NCBI RefSeq assembly: GCF_963921235.1 | Contig: NC_086108.1 | Coordinates: 90,708,001 to 90,772,000, forward strand | Origin: Mobula hypostoma | Taxonomy: Eukaryota | Length of the DNA: 64,000 nucleotides | Direction: 5' to 3' | Shown here: positions 50,033 to 63,628 of the stretch, in pieces | Position numbering within the stretch: the first letter of the stretch is position 1 | Layout of the letters: each line of letters opens with the position of its first letter | Made by a program: the position numbers and the translations under genes | The notes under the pieces: model-generated | The model's database searches: none | What the model was told of the DNA's origin: nothing | The model's input: the letters and a program-made list of their open reading frames with translations, nothing else

Positions 50033-50203
50033 CATAAGAAACATAGAAAATAGGTGCAGGAGTAGGCCATTCAGCCCTTCGAGCCTGCAACGCCATTCAG
50101 TATGATCATGGCTGATCATCCAACTCAGAACCCTGTACCAGCCTTCCCTCCATACCCCCTGATCCCTTTAGCCACGAGGGCCATATGTAACTCCCTCTTA
50201 AAT
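50033..50203 (-). mobile_element. CR1 3' end, close relative of the 2856-5120 element
   Basis: Reverse complement of gggttctgagttggatgatcagccatgatcat..ggcctactcctgcacctattttctatgtttct. Confidence 0.8.
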
Positions 50204-50754
50204 TCAGAAGTCATAGTAACCAACAATGGGAACCACTATCGCCAAGGTCTCAGTGGCAGATTTCAGAGCTAGACAAGTTGGTCTTCAGCGCCATCAAATT
50301 GCACCACAAAGGCCCACCGCAAACTCTGGGTCTCAAGGATTCTTGAAGATATTCAAGATATGATGTTGGAATGTTCAGTTGGATATTTTATCTTGACAGT
50401 AACAGTGCAAGTAAATCGAGTGAAAGTAACTGCTGACTGTTTCCTCAGTAAAAAAAGATCATTCTCACATTGAGGGAGAATAAATATACTTTGAAGGAAA
50501 CCCCCAAAGCATAAGCAGAAATGAAAGAATGTGCAGTTTGAAAATACAACCTGCTATCTAACAAAATCATGTTTGGTGAACATTTTTTTTGTCTTGTTTA
50601 GCAATCGCCTGTTTGTTTTAAAGGGAGTGGGTTTTGGATGGAGTGACGCTTGCAAACACTAGAGGGGGAACTTGGAAGTTTTTCATGATGAGTTGCAATC
50701 ATGTTGGCATTTTATCACTTGTAAGAATATTTTTTGTAGATAGTCTATGTTACC

Positions 50755-51070
50755 ATTGAAAGGCCTAGATCATGTGGATATGAAGAGGATGTTTTCTATA
50801 GTGGGGGAATCTAGGATCACAGGGTGTAGCCTCAGAATACAAGGACATCCTTTTAGAACAGAGACAAGGGTGGTAAATCTGTGGAATTTATTGTTACAGA
50901 TGGCTGTGGAGGCCAGGTCAGAGGGTATAGTTAAATCTTGATTAGTAAGGGTGTCAAAGGTTCTGGATAGAAGGCAGGAAAGTGGGGTTGAGAAGGGTAG
51001 TAAATCAGTTGTGATAGAAAGGCAGAGCAGACTTAATGGGCTGCATGGCTTAATTCTGCTCCTTATGGTT
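50755..51070 (+). mobile_element. Decayed CR1 3' fragment
   Basis: LKGLDHVDMKRMFSIVGESRITGCSLRIQGHPFRTE..RVVNLWN. Confidence 0.75.
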
Positions 51071-51234
51071 CAGAAAATCAGATACAACATTAGGATTGAC
51101 AGTCAGATGCAGACATTTCTGTAAATGCATCAACATTCAAAATTTATAATGCATCTCTCACCAAGATTATAATGAAGGTCATAATTGCCTGGTACTTATT
51201 AGTGTTGTTTTACTCTCCTGTGTTTACCTATTAG

Positions 51235-51445
51235 GTGGAGCTAGCAAAGCAAGAGAAATGCGAGTTTTTGCCTTACATGTCTCCAAGAAGAATTATTCTG
51301 AAAGGTCAGCACATTTCTGCAATTGAGTTTGTTCATACAGAGCAGAATGATGCTGGTGATTGGATTGAAGATGAGGAACAAGTTATTTGCTTAAAAGCAA
51401 ATGTTGTCATCAGTGCTTTTGGCTCGATCCTCTCCAATCCTTCAG
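51235..51445 (+). CDS. DPYD: Dihydropyrimidine dehydrogenase exon (equivalent to human exon 11)
   Basis: tgtttacctattag|GTG GAG CTA...CCT TCA G|gtaagc; 211 nt; [70 protein letters not shown]. Confidence 0.98.
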
Positions 51446-53715
51446 GTAAGCAATTATGAACCAATAAAATTATGTTACAAGTTTAGAAATATATGAAAAT
51501 TAATTGTGAAGTCTTTTTGTTTTCTCTATTGATACATTGTTGGTTTGAGTCATTGACAGCAACATAACTCTCCTTGTCATTGTAGTTTCTTCATAAGTAC
51601 CTTGATTTCTATGTTTGAATTTATTTATTGAAAACAACTTAACCATGACCAAACTAGAACTTAAATTGCTGGAATTGCTCGGTAGGTTAAATAGCATTTT
51701 GGAGAGAGAGAAAAACAAGAATTAATATTTCAGGCCAATGAACTTCCATCAATACACTTAAGTTAGAAATCAACTTACATAAGTCAAATCATTTCCTAAT
51801 TCTTACATCTAATAGCCCCAATATATTTTTAAGTGAAATTCTTAATTTTACCATGTTTTTGTTGAACTGATTGGGAACTGAGTGCTGAATAATTATTATT
51901 GTTAAATGCCTCCAAGTTCAGGATTCCTACCATAGCCTGAAAGTAATTTGAGGTGCAGAATTATTCAGCTAATGAAAGAATGTGATGAAACTGTGAAGCT
52001 GAGAGAAGGCTCAGAACTGTTCTGTTAATGAGCTATCTGCCGAGCAGCATTGTTTTATTGTCTATTATGTCTGGTAAAGCAGAATTTTCTTAAGTGATTG
52101 TGCTTTTTAATTGATTAGTTGAAGCTTGAACAGCAACTGCCGATTTTTATACCCTCATAGAAAACACATATCTGTCATTAACATCATGCAATTTTTGAGT
52201 TCTCAGCTGTGCAGGCACCAATACAGTTTCTCACGCTGTTCATTTCTTTCCACTTGTAGAAAAATAGTCCAAATTTCTTGCAATATTACATTGCAGTTGT
52301 GTGTCAAATGATCTCAGTTGAACTAATTGTGGAAGCCCTTCATTTCAACAAACAGGCCCCTTTATACTGTTTCTTTCACCATAGATTAAGATAAATAAAA
52401 ATTAGTAAAACCTTTAGAGTCAAATTTATAACTTATGAAAATGAGTTCTAACGTGTTGTTAGAGGAATTAATGAGAAAGTGCTTAGCATTGGTTTTTGAA
52501 TTTTTCTTAATGACCTTCTGAATGATTAGGCAACATTCCCACGTGAACTGCTGTTCACAATCTTGTTTTACTGTAGCTCTGCTATCTTTATTTGCCAGGC
52601 TTCGTCTAATGGGTGATGTTGCGTCGATTTTAAAAGAATGTGTCCGATCACTGATTGGATGACTGGCAATAAAAAAATCCATGATAATGTCATACTTCAG
52701 CGTAATAAAAATCTAAATTGTACAACTGTGCCAAAAATCACGATATGTAAAAGTACGTACAATATGGCTCTTAAAGAATGACTATTAACCCTCTACTGTT
52801 GAGCTTATGCCATTTATATTTCAGTAGTCCCTAATCATAGAAGTAAATCATGACACCTTGGGAGTTTAAGATGATAAAAGGAATCAAATTGCAGCCAAAT
52901 CATCTGTACTCTGTCAAAAAAAAACAGTAATGAGCTGATAAAGCTAGAATTACAGAGACTTCGGAAACTGGTTAAACATTACAGCCATTAAACTATTTAT
53001 TGAAGCATTACAGATATACTAAAGCTAATGAGCATCTCTGCTGTTTAAACAAGTGCAAACTGAACACACATTACATGGATGCATAATTAGTTATGGCAGT
53101 TTGTATTGATAAGAATGTTAATATTTTTATCTGCTTTAAATGCTATCAGAATACCACACACAGATAATTGTTACTTCAAAGTGTCTTGTGTAGCTGGTGG
53201 AATTGAAGCCCAAGTTTTTTTCCTTCATTTGCTATTGCCTGTTTCATCCACTGAGCCCCAACACCTCTCTATTGTCTATTGTAATGAATCCTCAGTAGAC
53301 AGATTAAGATCAAAGAAGAAAGCTACTAATTGCATGAGACTGATTGCCATGCAGTCGTTGTACCATGGTGGCTATACTTTAGTTACAGCACAGTGACTGC
53401 TACACCTTAAGCATTGTACATAGCTGCACATAAATGATTACGCCAGGCTATCTCATTTGAATATTTAAATTCTGCTGTTGGCGCATTACTCCTGACATCA
53501 GTGCAAGAATCCCTGCACCAGCAGAATGCAGAGCAAGTAAATCTTAGAGCCCTGGAGCAAAGCAACATGGATACAGGCGTTTTGACTTAACAAGTCCATG
53601 CTGACTAAGGTGCCCACCCAGCTAGTCCCAATTTTCTGCATTCAGCCTCTGAATCTTGCCTGTCCATATACCTATCAAAATGCTTTTTAATTAATATTAT
53701 TTTACCTGCCTCAAC

Positions 53716-55750
53716 TGTATTGTATGGATCTATTTCTTTTAGAGCAATGACACCCCCCCTTAGCATGACGCATTGATTTGTTGGCTACGTATACATATTG
53801 TTCTCTCTCTCTCTCTCACTGCAATGTGAATGTATCAGGTAAAGCCATCTCCCTGTCTGTGCTTTTATTTAATGTATACATAGTTGTGCACGCACACAAC
53901 AAATTGGCGATGAGTACAAACTGGAATGTCAGAAAATATCATGAACTACACCGACAGTTACAGTACGATTACGGGATGAAAAAGCGAGAGTTGATCATTA
54001 CAGAAAAGGCCGTCACAGACGCGAACACATAAGTAACAGAGAACGAGGCGCGGAATTTAAATTGAAAATAACGTGGCGATAGCTTCAGTTGGGAAAGTTA
54101 TCAAATTTGATAGCGCTGATGATGACTGGGAGTTGTATATTGAGAGGGTTGAACTGTATTGTAACGCAACAATATGGAGGAGCAAAAGAAAGCCCCTGCA
54201 CTTCTCAGCTTAATGGGCCCAAGAACATACAGTCTCTTAAGCAATCTAGTAACCCCTGAAAAGCCAGCCAGCAAGACATTCAATAAAATGTTTACAATTT
54301 TACAAAATCAATTGATCCCTAAACCACTGGCATAGCTGAGAGATATAGATTTTGCAAAAGGAACCAGTCAAAAGATGAAAGCATTTCTGAATACATTACA
54401 GAACTGCACCAACTCTCCCAGTACTGTGACTTTAGAGATGGACTTTCTGATGCATTAAGAGACAGGCTTGTATATGGCATGCATCGTCAAAGCACTGAAA
54501 ACGAGGCTGCTGGCAGAAGGAGACCTAACCTTAGAACAGGCATTGACGATTGCAATATCATTAGAGATTGCAGCAAAGGATGCAGCAGATCTACAGAAAA
54601 GGAGTTTAGAATGTGAAGAGCACCAAAAATCCCTGAATGGCGCAAGAAGTCAAAGATGCTATCGATGTGGCAAATCTTTTCAAGATGAAAATGACTGTTG
54701 GTTCCATCCAGGGGGTCAGTGTGGACATGATGGAGGATTACAAATACCTGGGATACGAATTAACAATAAACTGGACTGGTCTAAGAACACTGAGGCTGTC
54801 TACAAGAAGGGTCAGAGCCGTCTCTATTTCCTGAGGAGACTGAGGTCCTTTAACATCTGCCGGATGATGCTGAGGATGTTCTACGAGTCTGTGGTGGCCA
54901 GTGCTATCATGTTTGCTGTTGTGTACTGGGGCAGCAGGCTGAGGGCGGCAGACACCAGCAGAATCAACAAACTCATTCGTAAGGCCAGTGATGTTGTGGG
55001 GATGGAACTGAACTCTCTGACAGTGGTGTCTGAAAAGAGGATGCTGTCTAAGTTGCATGCCATCTTGGACAATGTCTCCCATCCACTACATAATATACTG
55101 GGTGGGCACAGGAGTACATTCAGCCAGAGACTCATTCCACCGAGATGCAACACAGAGCGTCATAGGAAGTCATTCCTGCCTGTGGCCATCTAACTTTACA
55201 ACTCCTCCCTTGGAGGGTCAGACACCCTGAGCCAATAGGCCGGTTCTGGACTTATTTCATAATTTACTGGCATAATTTACATATTACTATTTAACTATTT
55301 ATGGTTCTATTACTATTTATTATTTATGGTGCAACTGTAACAAAAAGCAATTTCCCCCAGGATTAATAAAGTATGACTATGACTATGACCGTAAAAAAAA
55401 GTCTGCAGAAAATGTCACAGACAAGGTCACATAGAAAGAATGTGCAAGGAGTGAAAAGTCTTAAACACAAAACTAAGCAAATGCATCAAGTTACGACATG
55501 TAAAATAGAATCCGGCTACATAGAGTCTGACAAGGGTGAACTGTCAAGCCTAGAACTGCATAGTATAACTGAAGCAGATCATAAAATTGTACGGGTCACA
55601 ATAGATGTGTCTGGTGTAAAACTGTAAATGGAACTGGACACAGAGTCAACTTTGTCTGTAATTTCAAAGGCTGACTACAACAGGCTGTTTCCTAAGATAC
55701 CATTAGAGAAGACCTCATTGATGCTAAAGACTTACACAGGTGAAAAAATG
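53716..55750 (+). mobile_element. Gypsy LTR-retrotransposon 5' fragment (LTR, PBS, gag, protease), decayed and interrupted by Rex1
   Basis: Putative LTR TG(53716)..CA(53901), then PBS-like TTGGCGATGAG. gag remnants DDWELYIERVELY, ALLSLMGPRTYSLL, AERYRFCKRNQ, LRDRLV; zinc knuckles CYRCGK..C and CRKCHRQGHIERMC; protease MELDTESTLSVIS..LKTYTGE. Confidence 0.8.
54705..55389 (+). mobile_element. Rex1/Babar-like LINE 3' fragment nested in Gypsy gag
   Basis: SIQGVSVDMMEDYKYLG, KKGQSRLYFLRRLRSFN, FYESVVASAI, KSFLPVAI; AATAAA followed by a (TATGAC)n tail. Confidence 0.88.
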
Positions 55751-55789
55751 TCACTATCAATGAATTATGTATTGGTAGTCCAAGGACAT

Positions 55790-56440
55790 TCTATTCCAGT
55801 ACATTCCCTAGTCTCTACCATTAATAGTTTAAGACTTATTCTGGTTTAATTTACCACTTATCTGACATATACCTGTATTGAAATCTGTTTTTCTTCCCTC
55901 AGCCCACTTCCCTAAATGATCAAGATCCCTTTGTAATCTAGAATCAATCTACTATCAACAATACTTAGTGTCATCCACAAAGTTACTGATCAAGCCTTGT
56001 GTATTCAGATCCAAATAATTTATATGAATAACAAGCATCTCAACACCAATACCTGAGGCACACCACAAGTCACCAGCCTGCATTCTGGAAAAAAAAGTAA
56101 CCTTCAACCACCACCTTCTGCTTCCTATCTCCATGTCGATTTGAATATACCTAATTGGCTCTCCCTGGATACCATGGGATCTAACCTTACAGACCAGCCG
56201 CCCATGAGGACTTTTGTCAATGGCCTTTCTATTCTCCAAATCAACAACATCTACTACTCTACACTCATCTATCTTTTTGGTTACCTCTTCAACAAAACTC
56301 TAAAATGTTTGTCAAGCACAACTTTCATGAACAAAGCTTCAATGAATTCAATGACTTCCCCTAATCACCTCTGTCTATCCAAATGCTGGTAGATCCTGTC
56401 CCTCAGAATCTTCTCCAGTAACTTTTCTGCTACTGCTACC
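55790..56440 (-). mobile_element. Old CR1 fragment
   Basis: ORF 55955-56239(-) AIDKSPHGRLVCKVRSHGIQG..GLISNFVDDTK. Confidence 0.7.
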
Positions 56441-57536
56441 AGAAGTTCAGGACTAGCGTATGGTTCTCTGGTTTATCCCTTACTTCCCTTCCAGTCTTCA
56501 GGAACTTCACCACTGTCGAACTAAGAAGCAAATTTCTCTGCAAGGGTCTGTATTATTTCCTCTCTGGCCTCCCAAGAAGTCTGAGGATGTACTCTGCCAG
56601 ACCTTGAGACTTACTCAGGGTGTAAATACCTCCTCCTTGGCAATATGAATGTTACCTCAGCCTTTCAAAGGAGGGAAATCAGCCTATTCCCAAACTCTAG
56701 AGAACAGCTGGGTTCACTAAAAAGAAATTTTAACTATACTTTCATGTACACTGCTTCCTGGGAATGGAGTTTGGACAAATGAGGCTCTTTGGCACATAGA
56801 TGAAAGAAAAATGGAGGGCTATGAAAGAGAGAAAGGTTAGATTGATAATGGTGTAGGTTAAAAGGCAGTACAACATTGTGGGCTGAAGAGCCTGTACTGT
56901 GCTGTACTGTTCTATATTCTGATTACTGGAAATAGCAACATTGCACATTTGATCTTGAAGATGTCTAGTTTATTCCAGCCACTTTACATTGGCTACAAAG
57001 GAACACTTAGACCTCCAGAGTTATTAATACAATGAGACAGAACACGCTTGCCTTTTGCTGACACTTCCATAGGTGTCTGTCGGCTACCTTGTCTCCAATT
57101 ACTGTGCCTTTATCTGATCTACAGTTTAACTCTGTGTAAATCAGTCAATGCTCCCCACCCCTACTCGAACAACTTTCTATAGAAGCACCATCAAGTGTGT
57201 CCTTTCTGGCTGCATCTGAAACAGAAAATGAAAAACACTTGAAATACTCATCAAGTCAAGCTGCATCTATAGGAAAAGAAACAACATTTCAAGTGAAAGA
57301 CCCCATGTTAGAACTGGTCCTGATTTGCATTTCATATCTGATCTCTCAGCTCTACGTACAGATTGTCTAGTGTATGAATGTTATTTGACACTGTAAAACA
57401 TCAAGTGATTTTCTTAGCAAATTAGCAGCATCTGCAGAGCCTGCTGCTGGATTTTGAACTGAAACACTGAACATCCCTTTACAGATGTTTTGTTTTGCTT
57501 CAGATTCCAAAAACTGGTAGTCTCTTGTATCTCCAA

Positions 57537-57793
57537 GCAACACACGGACAATGCTGGGGGGACTCAGCAGGTCAGGAAGCATCTATGGAAAAGAGTACAG
57601 TCGACATTTCGGGCCAAGACCCTTCAACAATCAAGAGTCTCAGTCCAAAAAGTCGACTGTACTCTTTTCCATAAATATGCTGCCCAGCCCAAAATGTTGA
57701 CTGTACTTTTTCCCATAGATGCTGCCTGACCTGCTGAGTTCCTCCAAGTATCATTTTGTGTCTGACACTTGGATTTCCGGCATCTGCAAATTT
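57537..57793. mobile_element. Palindromic PLE-derived mini-element joined at the hammerhead cores, with an internal duplication
   Basis: gtacagtcgacatttcgggccaagacccttc-aacaatc-aagagtctcagtccaaaaagtcgactgtac; flanked by tctcttgtatctccaa at 57521-57536 and 57794-57809. Confidence 0.75.
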
Positions 57794-58069
57794 TCTCTTG
57801 TATCTCCAAATTGTTTTCTAATTTTGTTTTATGTTATTACTTTTAATCATTTGCTATGATTTTAATATGTTCTTATACCCCAATTAATAGAGATTCATAA
57901 GATTATGAGATAGAGTGAGATAGAGTGGACAGCCAAGACCTCTTCTTCAGGGCGTCAGTGGCCAGCGCAAGTGATGTGATTTCAATTTCAACATTTAAGA
58001 GAACTTTGGATCGGTAAATGGATGGGAGAGTTATGGAGGCTATGGTCTGGCTGCAGGTCGATGGAACTA

Positions 58070-58810
58070 GGCAGAATATAGTATTAATGGTAAGACTCTT
58101 GGCAGTGTGGAGGATCAGAGGGATCTTGGGGTCCAAGTCCATAGGACGCTCAAAGCAGCTGCACAGGTTGACTGTGTGGTTAAGAAGGCATACGGTGTAT
58201 TGGCCTTCATCAATTGTCGGATTGAGTTTAAGAGCCGAGAGGTAACGTTGCAGCTATATAGGACCCTGGTCAGACCCCCCTTGAGTTCTGGTCGCCTCAC
58301 TACAGGAAGGATGTGGAAACCATAGAAAGGGTGCAGAGGAGATTTACAAGGATGTTGCCTGGATTGGGGAGCATGCATATTGAAAACAGGTTGAGTGAAC
58401 TCGGCCTTTTCTCCTTGGAGGGACGGAGTATGAGAGGCGACCTGATCGAGATGTACAAGATGATGAGAGGCATTGATCGTGTGGATAGTCAGAGGCTTTT
58501 TCCCAGGGCTGAAATAGTTGCCACAAGAGGACACAGGTTTAAGGTGCTAGGGAGTAGGTACAGAGGAGATGTCAGGGCTAAGTTTTTTACGCAGAGAGTG
58601 GTGAGTGCGTGGAATGGGCTGCCGGTAACAGTGGTGGAGGTGGATACGATAGGGTGTTTTAAGAGACTTTTGGATAGGTACATGGAGCTTATAAAAATAG
58701 AGTGCTAGGGGTAAGCCTAGTAATTTGTAAGGTAGGGACATGTTCGGCACAACTTTGTGGGCTGAAGGGCCTGTATTGTGCTGTAGGTTTTCTATGTTTC
58801 TACGTTTCTA
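58070..58810 (+). mobile_element. CR1 LINE 3' fragment (same subfamily as 47285-48140), nested in an older CR1 tail
   Basis: ORFs 58107-58325 and 58313-58708 (ERVQRRFTRMLPGL..FFTQRVVSAWNGLP); tttctatg tail. Confidence 0.9.
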
Positions 58811-59399
58811 ACTTAAATGGTTTGGCACAGACTAGATGGGATGAAGGACCTGTTTCTGTGATGTAGTTATCTATGACGGTGAAACTGAGCCATATAATTA
58901 ACCACTATTTTAAATGCAATCTTGCTTTCAAGGGAGCAGGAATCTCAATGGTTATAAAAGGGCAAGGATTTCTAGATTCAGGATACCTACTTCAACCTTC
59001 AAACATCAGACACCTTTCTGATCTCTGTCTTTCCTGTTTTGATAAACTTACTGATTTCTAGACCTCCACAGGACTAACAGTCTCCACTGCACTATTACCT
59101 AGGATACTTAATGGTCTCATGACCTGCCTTAGACAAGCTGTTAATTAGGTCCTACAATATCTAGCCCATCTCCCAATAAATAAAAGATTTGAGCAGGGGA
59201 CATTTAGGGAAATCGTTTTCTGTGGTGAGACTATAAGGAGACATTATCCACAAAATTATCTGTGCCTCATTCAGGGACATTATCAGGAAGCAACTTTTCA
59301 TGCAGAGAATAATGGAAGTCTGGAATTCTTTACTAAAGAGCTGTTGAAGTTAGATTTAGAATGTTAGCACTGAATTTGATTATCCATCATGAGCATAGC

Positions 59400-60005
59400 C
59401 TCTGTAATATCCAGGACATCTTCAAGGAGTGATGCCTGAAAAAGGCAGTGTCCATCAATAAGGACCTTCATCACCCAGGGCGGGCCTTGTTCTCATTGTT
59501 ACCATCAGGAAGGAGGTACAGAAGGCTGAAGGCACACACTGAACAATTCAGGGACAGCTTCTTCACCTCTGCCATCCAATTTATGAATGCACATTGAACC
59601 CATGACCACTGCCTGACTAATTTTCACTACTTACTTTATTTAGCTGTTTTATTTATATATATATACATACTTACTGTGATTGATGTTTTTTTACTTATTG
59701 CGTTATACTGCTGCTGCAAAGTCAACAAATTTCATGTCGTTTGTCAGTGATATTAAACCATCTTCCCCTTTGCCTTCCGATTCCTAAATGGGCATTGAAT
59801 CCATGAACACTATCTCACTTCTGTTTCTCTTATTTTTGTTCTTGCTCTATTTTAATTTGACTATTTAATATAAATATATATACTTACTGTAATTGATTTA
59901 CTTATATTTTTGTTCTTTATTATCATGTATTGCATTGTACTGGTGCCACTAAGGTAACAAATTTTACAGTATATGCCATTGATATTAAACCCGATTCTGA
60001 TTCTG
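59400..60005 (+). mobile_element. Decayed Rex1-like 3' fragments with partly duplicated 3' UTR
   Basis: ttaccatcaggaaggaggtacag (LPSGRRY), cagcttcttcacctctgccatc, (TTCTGA)n tail. Confidence 0.65.
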
Positions 60006-61709
60006 AGTTTGTACTCGAAGGTACAGAACTTATTCTCAGAGGCCCAAGAGACAGAATGGCTCACTCCTCTTTCTTGATTCCTATTTTCCTGACTGATGGG
60101 CATTAAAAGTAAAGTTTAACACAGGATTATAAAATGGAAAGCTGAAAGTCACGATCAAACATATTAAATGCAAAAGAGTATGGAGTTATTTTACTTAAAC
60201 AGGACATCCTACTGATGTGAGGAAGCATGTGTTTGTTATTTGTACTGTTCAACTTATTATTGTTATTATTGAGGAAAATGTACCTGATTCTGACTTACAA
60301 CATGTGTCCATTAGCAGTGAACAAATGGATTCAATGATCATCACTTAGCTGTGCCTTACCTCGTCTCTTGGTCTGCTTTGAAAGGATTAGAGATACACGT
60401 GAATGAAAGACATGAATATCCAGTTCAGATCACAAGAGGGTACTGTTGTTACACTTGTGGGTTACACTTTTAGATAACTAGATGTTGGATATGCAGTATT
60501 TAAATGATACACTCTTTAAATGATGGATGCTCCAACCACTTACCAGAATACCAAAGTTGCAGTATTTAAGAGAATATCTGTAAGTCAATGCCCTAAACTT
60601 GTAACAATGCTCCTGAGAGAGTGCACACGTCAAGGGGGCAAGAAATATTAGTTTCCTTTCCCAGTCCAAAGATGTACTGGTTTGTAGGTTAATTAGTCAT
60701 TGTAAATTGTCCCATGGTTAGGCTAGGATTAAATCGGAGGTGTGCTGGGGGGCACAGCTTGAAGGGCCAGAGTTCCACTTTGCATCTCAATAAGTAAATA
60801 AGTAAGTAAATATTCCAATTCCAGTAGAAGGGACAAAGGAACTTGTAAACAATATCAGATTCTTGAGCGAAATAGAATATTGTTAGATCTTTTCAGCATT
60901 TCTATATGCCCTCTGATCTGGAAGTTTGGGATGTTTATTTTGGAAATGCATTACATGCAGGTTATTCACTGAAGTATAATTTTAGATATTTGACGTTGGC
61001 TGGTACCAGTCCCAACATCCAATGGCATCCAAGAATGAAAGAATTATGTGCTGTAAACAATAATTAGATGAATTACACCAACCACCAATTTGCTGGAGGG
61101 CAGTCTCAATAAGGCAGACCATTCTGGAATTTGGGATTACATGAGATATATGTACATATTCCTGATAAACCTATTTGATCATGCTTTGCATCACACACGC
61201 AGCGTTGATGTCCAGAGTTATCAATTCCCTTTCTACAACTGGTGCTTGCACTATTTCCCTCTTCCTCTTCTGATTCTGGTCTTAGCACTTCCTCAGTTAT
61301 GATTTTCAGAACAAATATTTGTAGTTACCACTTTCACTATTTATATAATAATATGACATTTATTCCATTCATTTTTAAAGGGCTAACCTTCTTCTGTTTG
61401 TAAATATTGTATTACAATTTAGTAATTAGTTTACTTCCCATGAAAGTGTTTTTCTTGTTTAGGTTCTTATTTAATTCTACAGTTATGTCAGGTTTCTTAG
61501 CTTGAGGCTGCGTCTTGGCTGTCCTGTCGGTCATGATTGCTAAAGGCATCAGTAGGGCTTTGCCCTTCATGAATGGATTCTGATTCAAAAATCTGAGGTT
61601 TACGTTCCAACCTTCGGTATTGAATAGGAGCCTCACGGGGATCAGAACATAATTTTTCCTGCTTAGCAATTTGCAAAATGATATCAAAAGTACTGGGTAC
61701 TTTACTGCT

Positions 61710-61962
61710 CGGCAGCATGGCAAGGTAGCAGTTAGCATAATGCTATTACAGCATCAGGGAACCATATTCAATTCTCACCAATGTCTGTAAGGAGAGTTCA
61801 TGTTCTCCCCGTGACCATCTGGGTTTCCTGCAGGTGCCCTGGTTTCCTCTCACATTCCAAAAGCATCCAGGTTAATTGGTCACATGGGTGTAATTGGAAA
61901 GTGTGGACTTGTTCAGTTGGAAGACCCTGTTACTGTGCTGTAGCTCTAAATAAAAAAAAAAT
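61710..61962 (+). mobile_element. tRNA-derived V-SINE
   Basis: Head ggcagcatggcaaggtagcagttagc, V-domain gttctccccgtgaccatctgggtttcctgcaggtgccctggtttcctctcaca, A-rich tail. Confidence 0.75.
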
Positions 61963-63628
61963 AAAACTTCAGGAAGAAAGGGTACTTGGTAGTTTTGAAA
62001 AGAAATAACTGTTTCGTTTTATAACTTGACGATTACTCAGATTTGGTTTATTTGTTATATGCTCCAATAAACACCAAACAGAACCAACCCCTTGCTTGTT
62101 AAATGTTGCTGTATACAGAGGCATGTTAAGGGGCTCTCTTTTTGTCTAATAATAACACGGTGGCTCCAAAATAAATGTTTCTTGATGAATGAAAAAACTA
62201 AGTGGCAATGCAGTGAGTAGAAATGAGATCAGAGATTAATAAACATATTCTTTGTTACAGCATTGTAAAATTCAGATCCAACATTTCACAATGTGGAAAA
62301 GTGATACGTATGAAAAAGATTGGTAGTACTTCAAGCAGAGATGCAGAAATTAAGTTGCTTGACTTAAGAAATGACCCATTGCCAAAGGACACAATAAACT
62401 TGAACATAATGAAAGATTTCTCATTAATAAGAGTGGAAAAGCAAAGTGATATGCCTGTGAATACAGACCATTCAATAAAAGTGTCTACTCAAGTTACTCA
62501 GACCTTGAGTAGATTATTAGTCAAACCATACTTGGAACACTGTGCAATTTTATTATTCTGCTTTCAAAAGGACATTTATATGCTGGAGAGCATTCAAAGA
62601 ACAATGAGGATAATTCCAGAGGTACTTTCAGAACTGAATGTTTTATTAGAGAAAAAATGATAAAGAGAGACAGATTTTTAAAATTCTGAAGGAGAACATT
62701 ACACAAATAAAAGTGTTATTTAATATATAATGAAATGAGAAAGTTATTCTTTTTATTCATATCTGACTGTAAGCTCAATATGTAATGCCTTCTTCACCAA
62801 ACTGTGTTGCCACTCTCAGGGAGTTATGCATTTATACCCCTAATTCAGGACCCTGCCATTCAATGTTTAAGATTTACCCTGATTTAACTTCCTAAAGCAC
62901 ACTTTCTGAGTTAAATTTTTCTGCTATTCCTTTATGAACCATCACAGATGTTGATCTGGATCCCATTGTAACCTCAGACCACGCTCTTCATCATCCACCA
63001 CATTACCAGTTTTGGTTTCAAAGTTCACAGTACATTATTATCAAAGCATGTATGCATTGTATACTTAGATCCGTCTCCTTACAGGCAGCTGTATAACAAA
63101 GAAGCCCCCAAAACAACTCATAAAAAAGTGTTAAACAGCCAAAGTACAGAGAGAAAAGTAAACAAATCGTGCAAACAATAAATGTAAGCAAATAGCATCC
63201 AGAACAAAATTGAGTCCATAGACACAAAGCCTGGAGCAGGCCACAGCCTCAGACTCAGTTCAGCACACAGCTGAGTAAATGTTGCAGTGCCCCCAGTGTC
63301 ATCTGCAAACATACTTGCACCAACACTTGCACCCAAATAATTAATGTACTGTAAGTGATGAACAACAATGGACCAACACTAATCCCTGTGGTATACCAGT
63401 CTGAGTAACTATCCTCCATTGCCACTCTACCTCCTACTACCAAGCACACTACCAGTGACGTATTTCCAAACCAAGAAGATGTGAAACTTAAGGGGGAATC
63501 TGCTGATACTGAAGTTCCCACGATCCTAATGTTCTTATCCTTCTTGATGTTGTGACTTGGAGAGGACTTGTCAGTGAGGATTTGTAATATAATTCTGATG
63601 TATTTTCTAGATACTTCATACTTACAAC

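Noticed and set aside
54468..55193. 241-aa ORF apparently fusing a zinc knuckle to an RT-associated domain
   Set aside because: Chance read-through from decayed Gypsy gag into the inserted Rex1 via a frameshift; not a gene.
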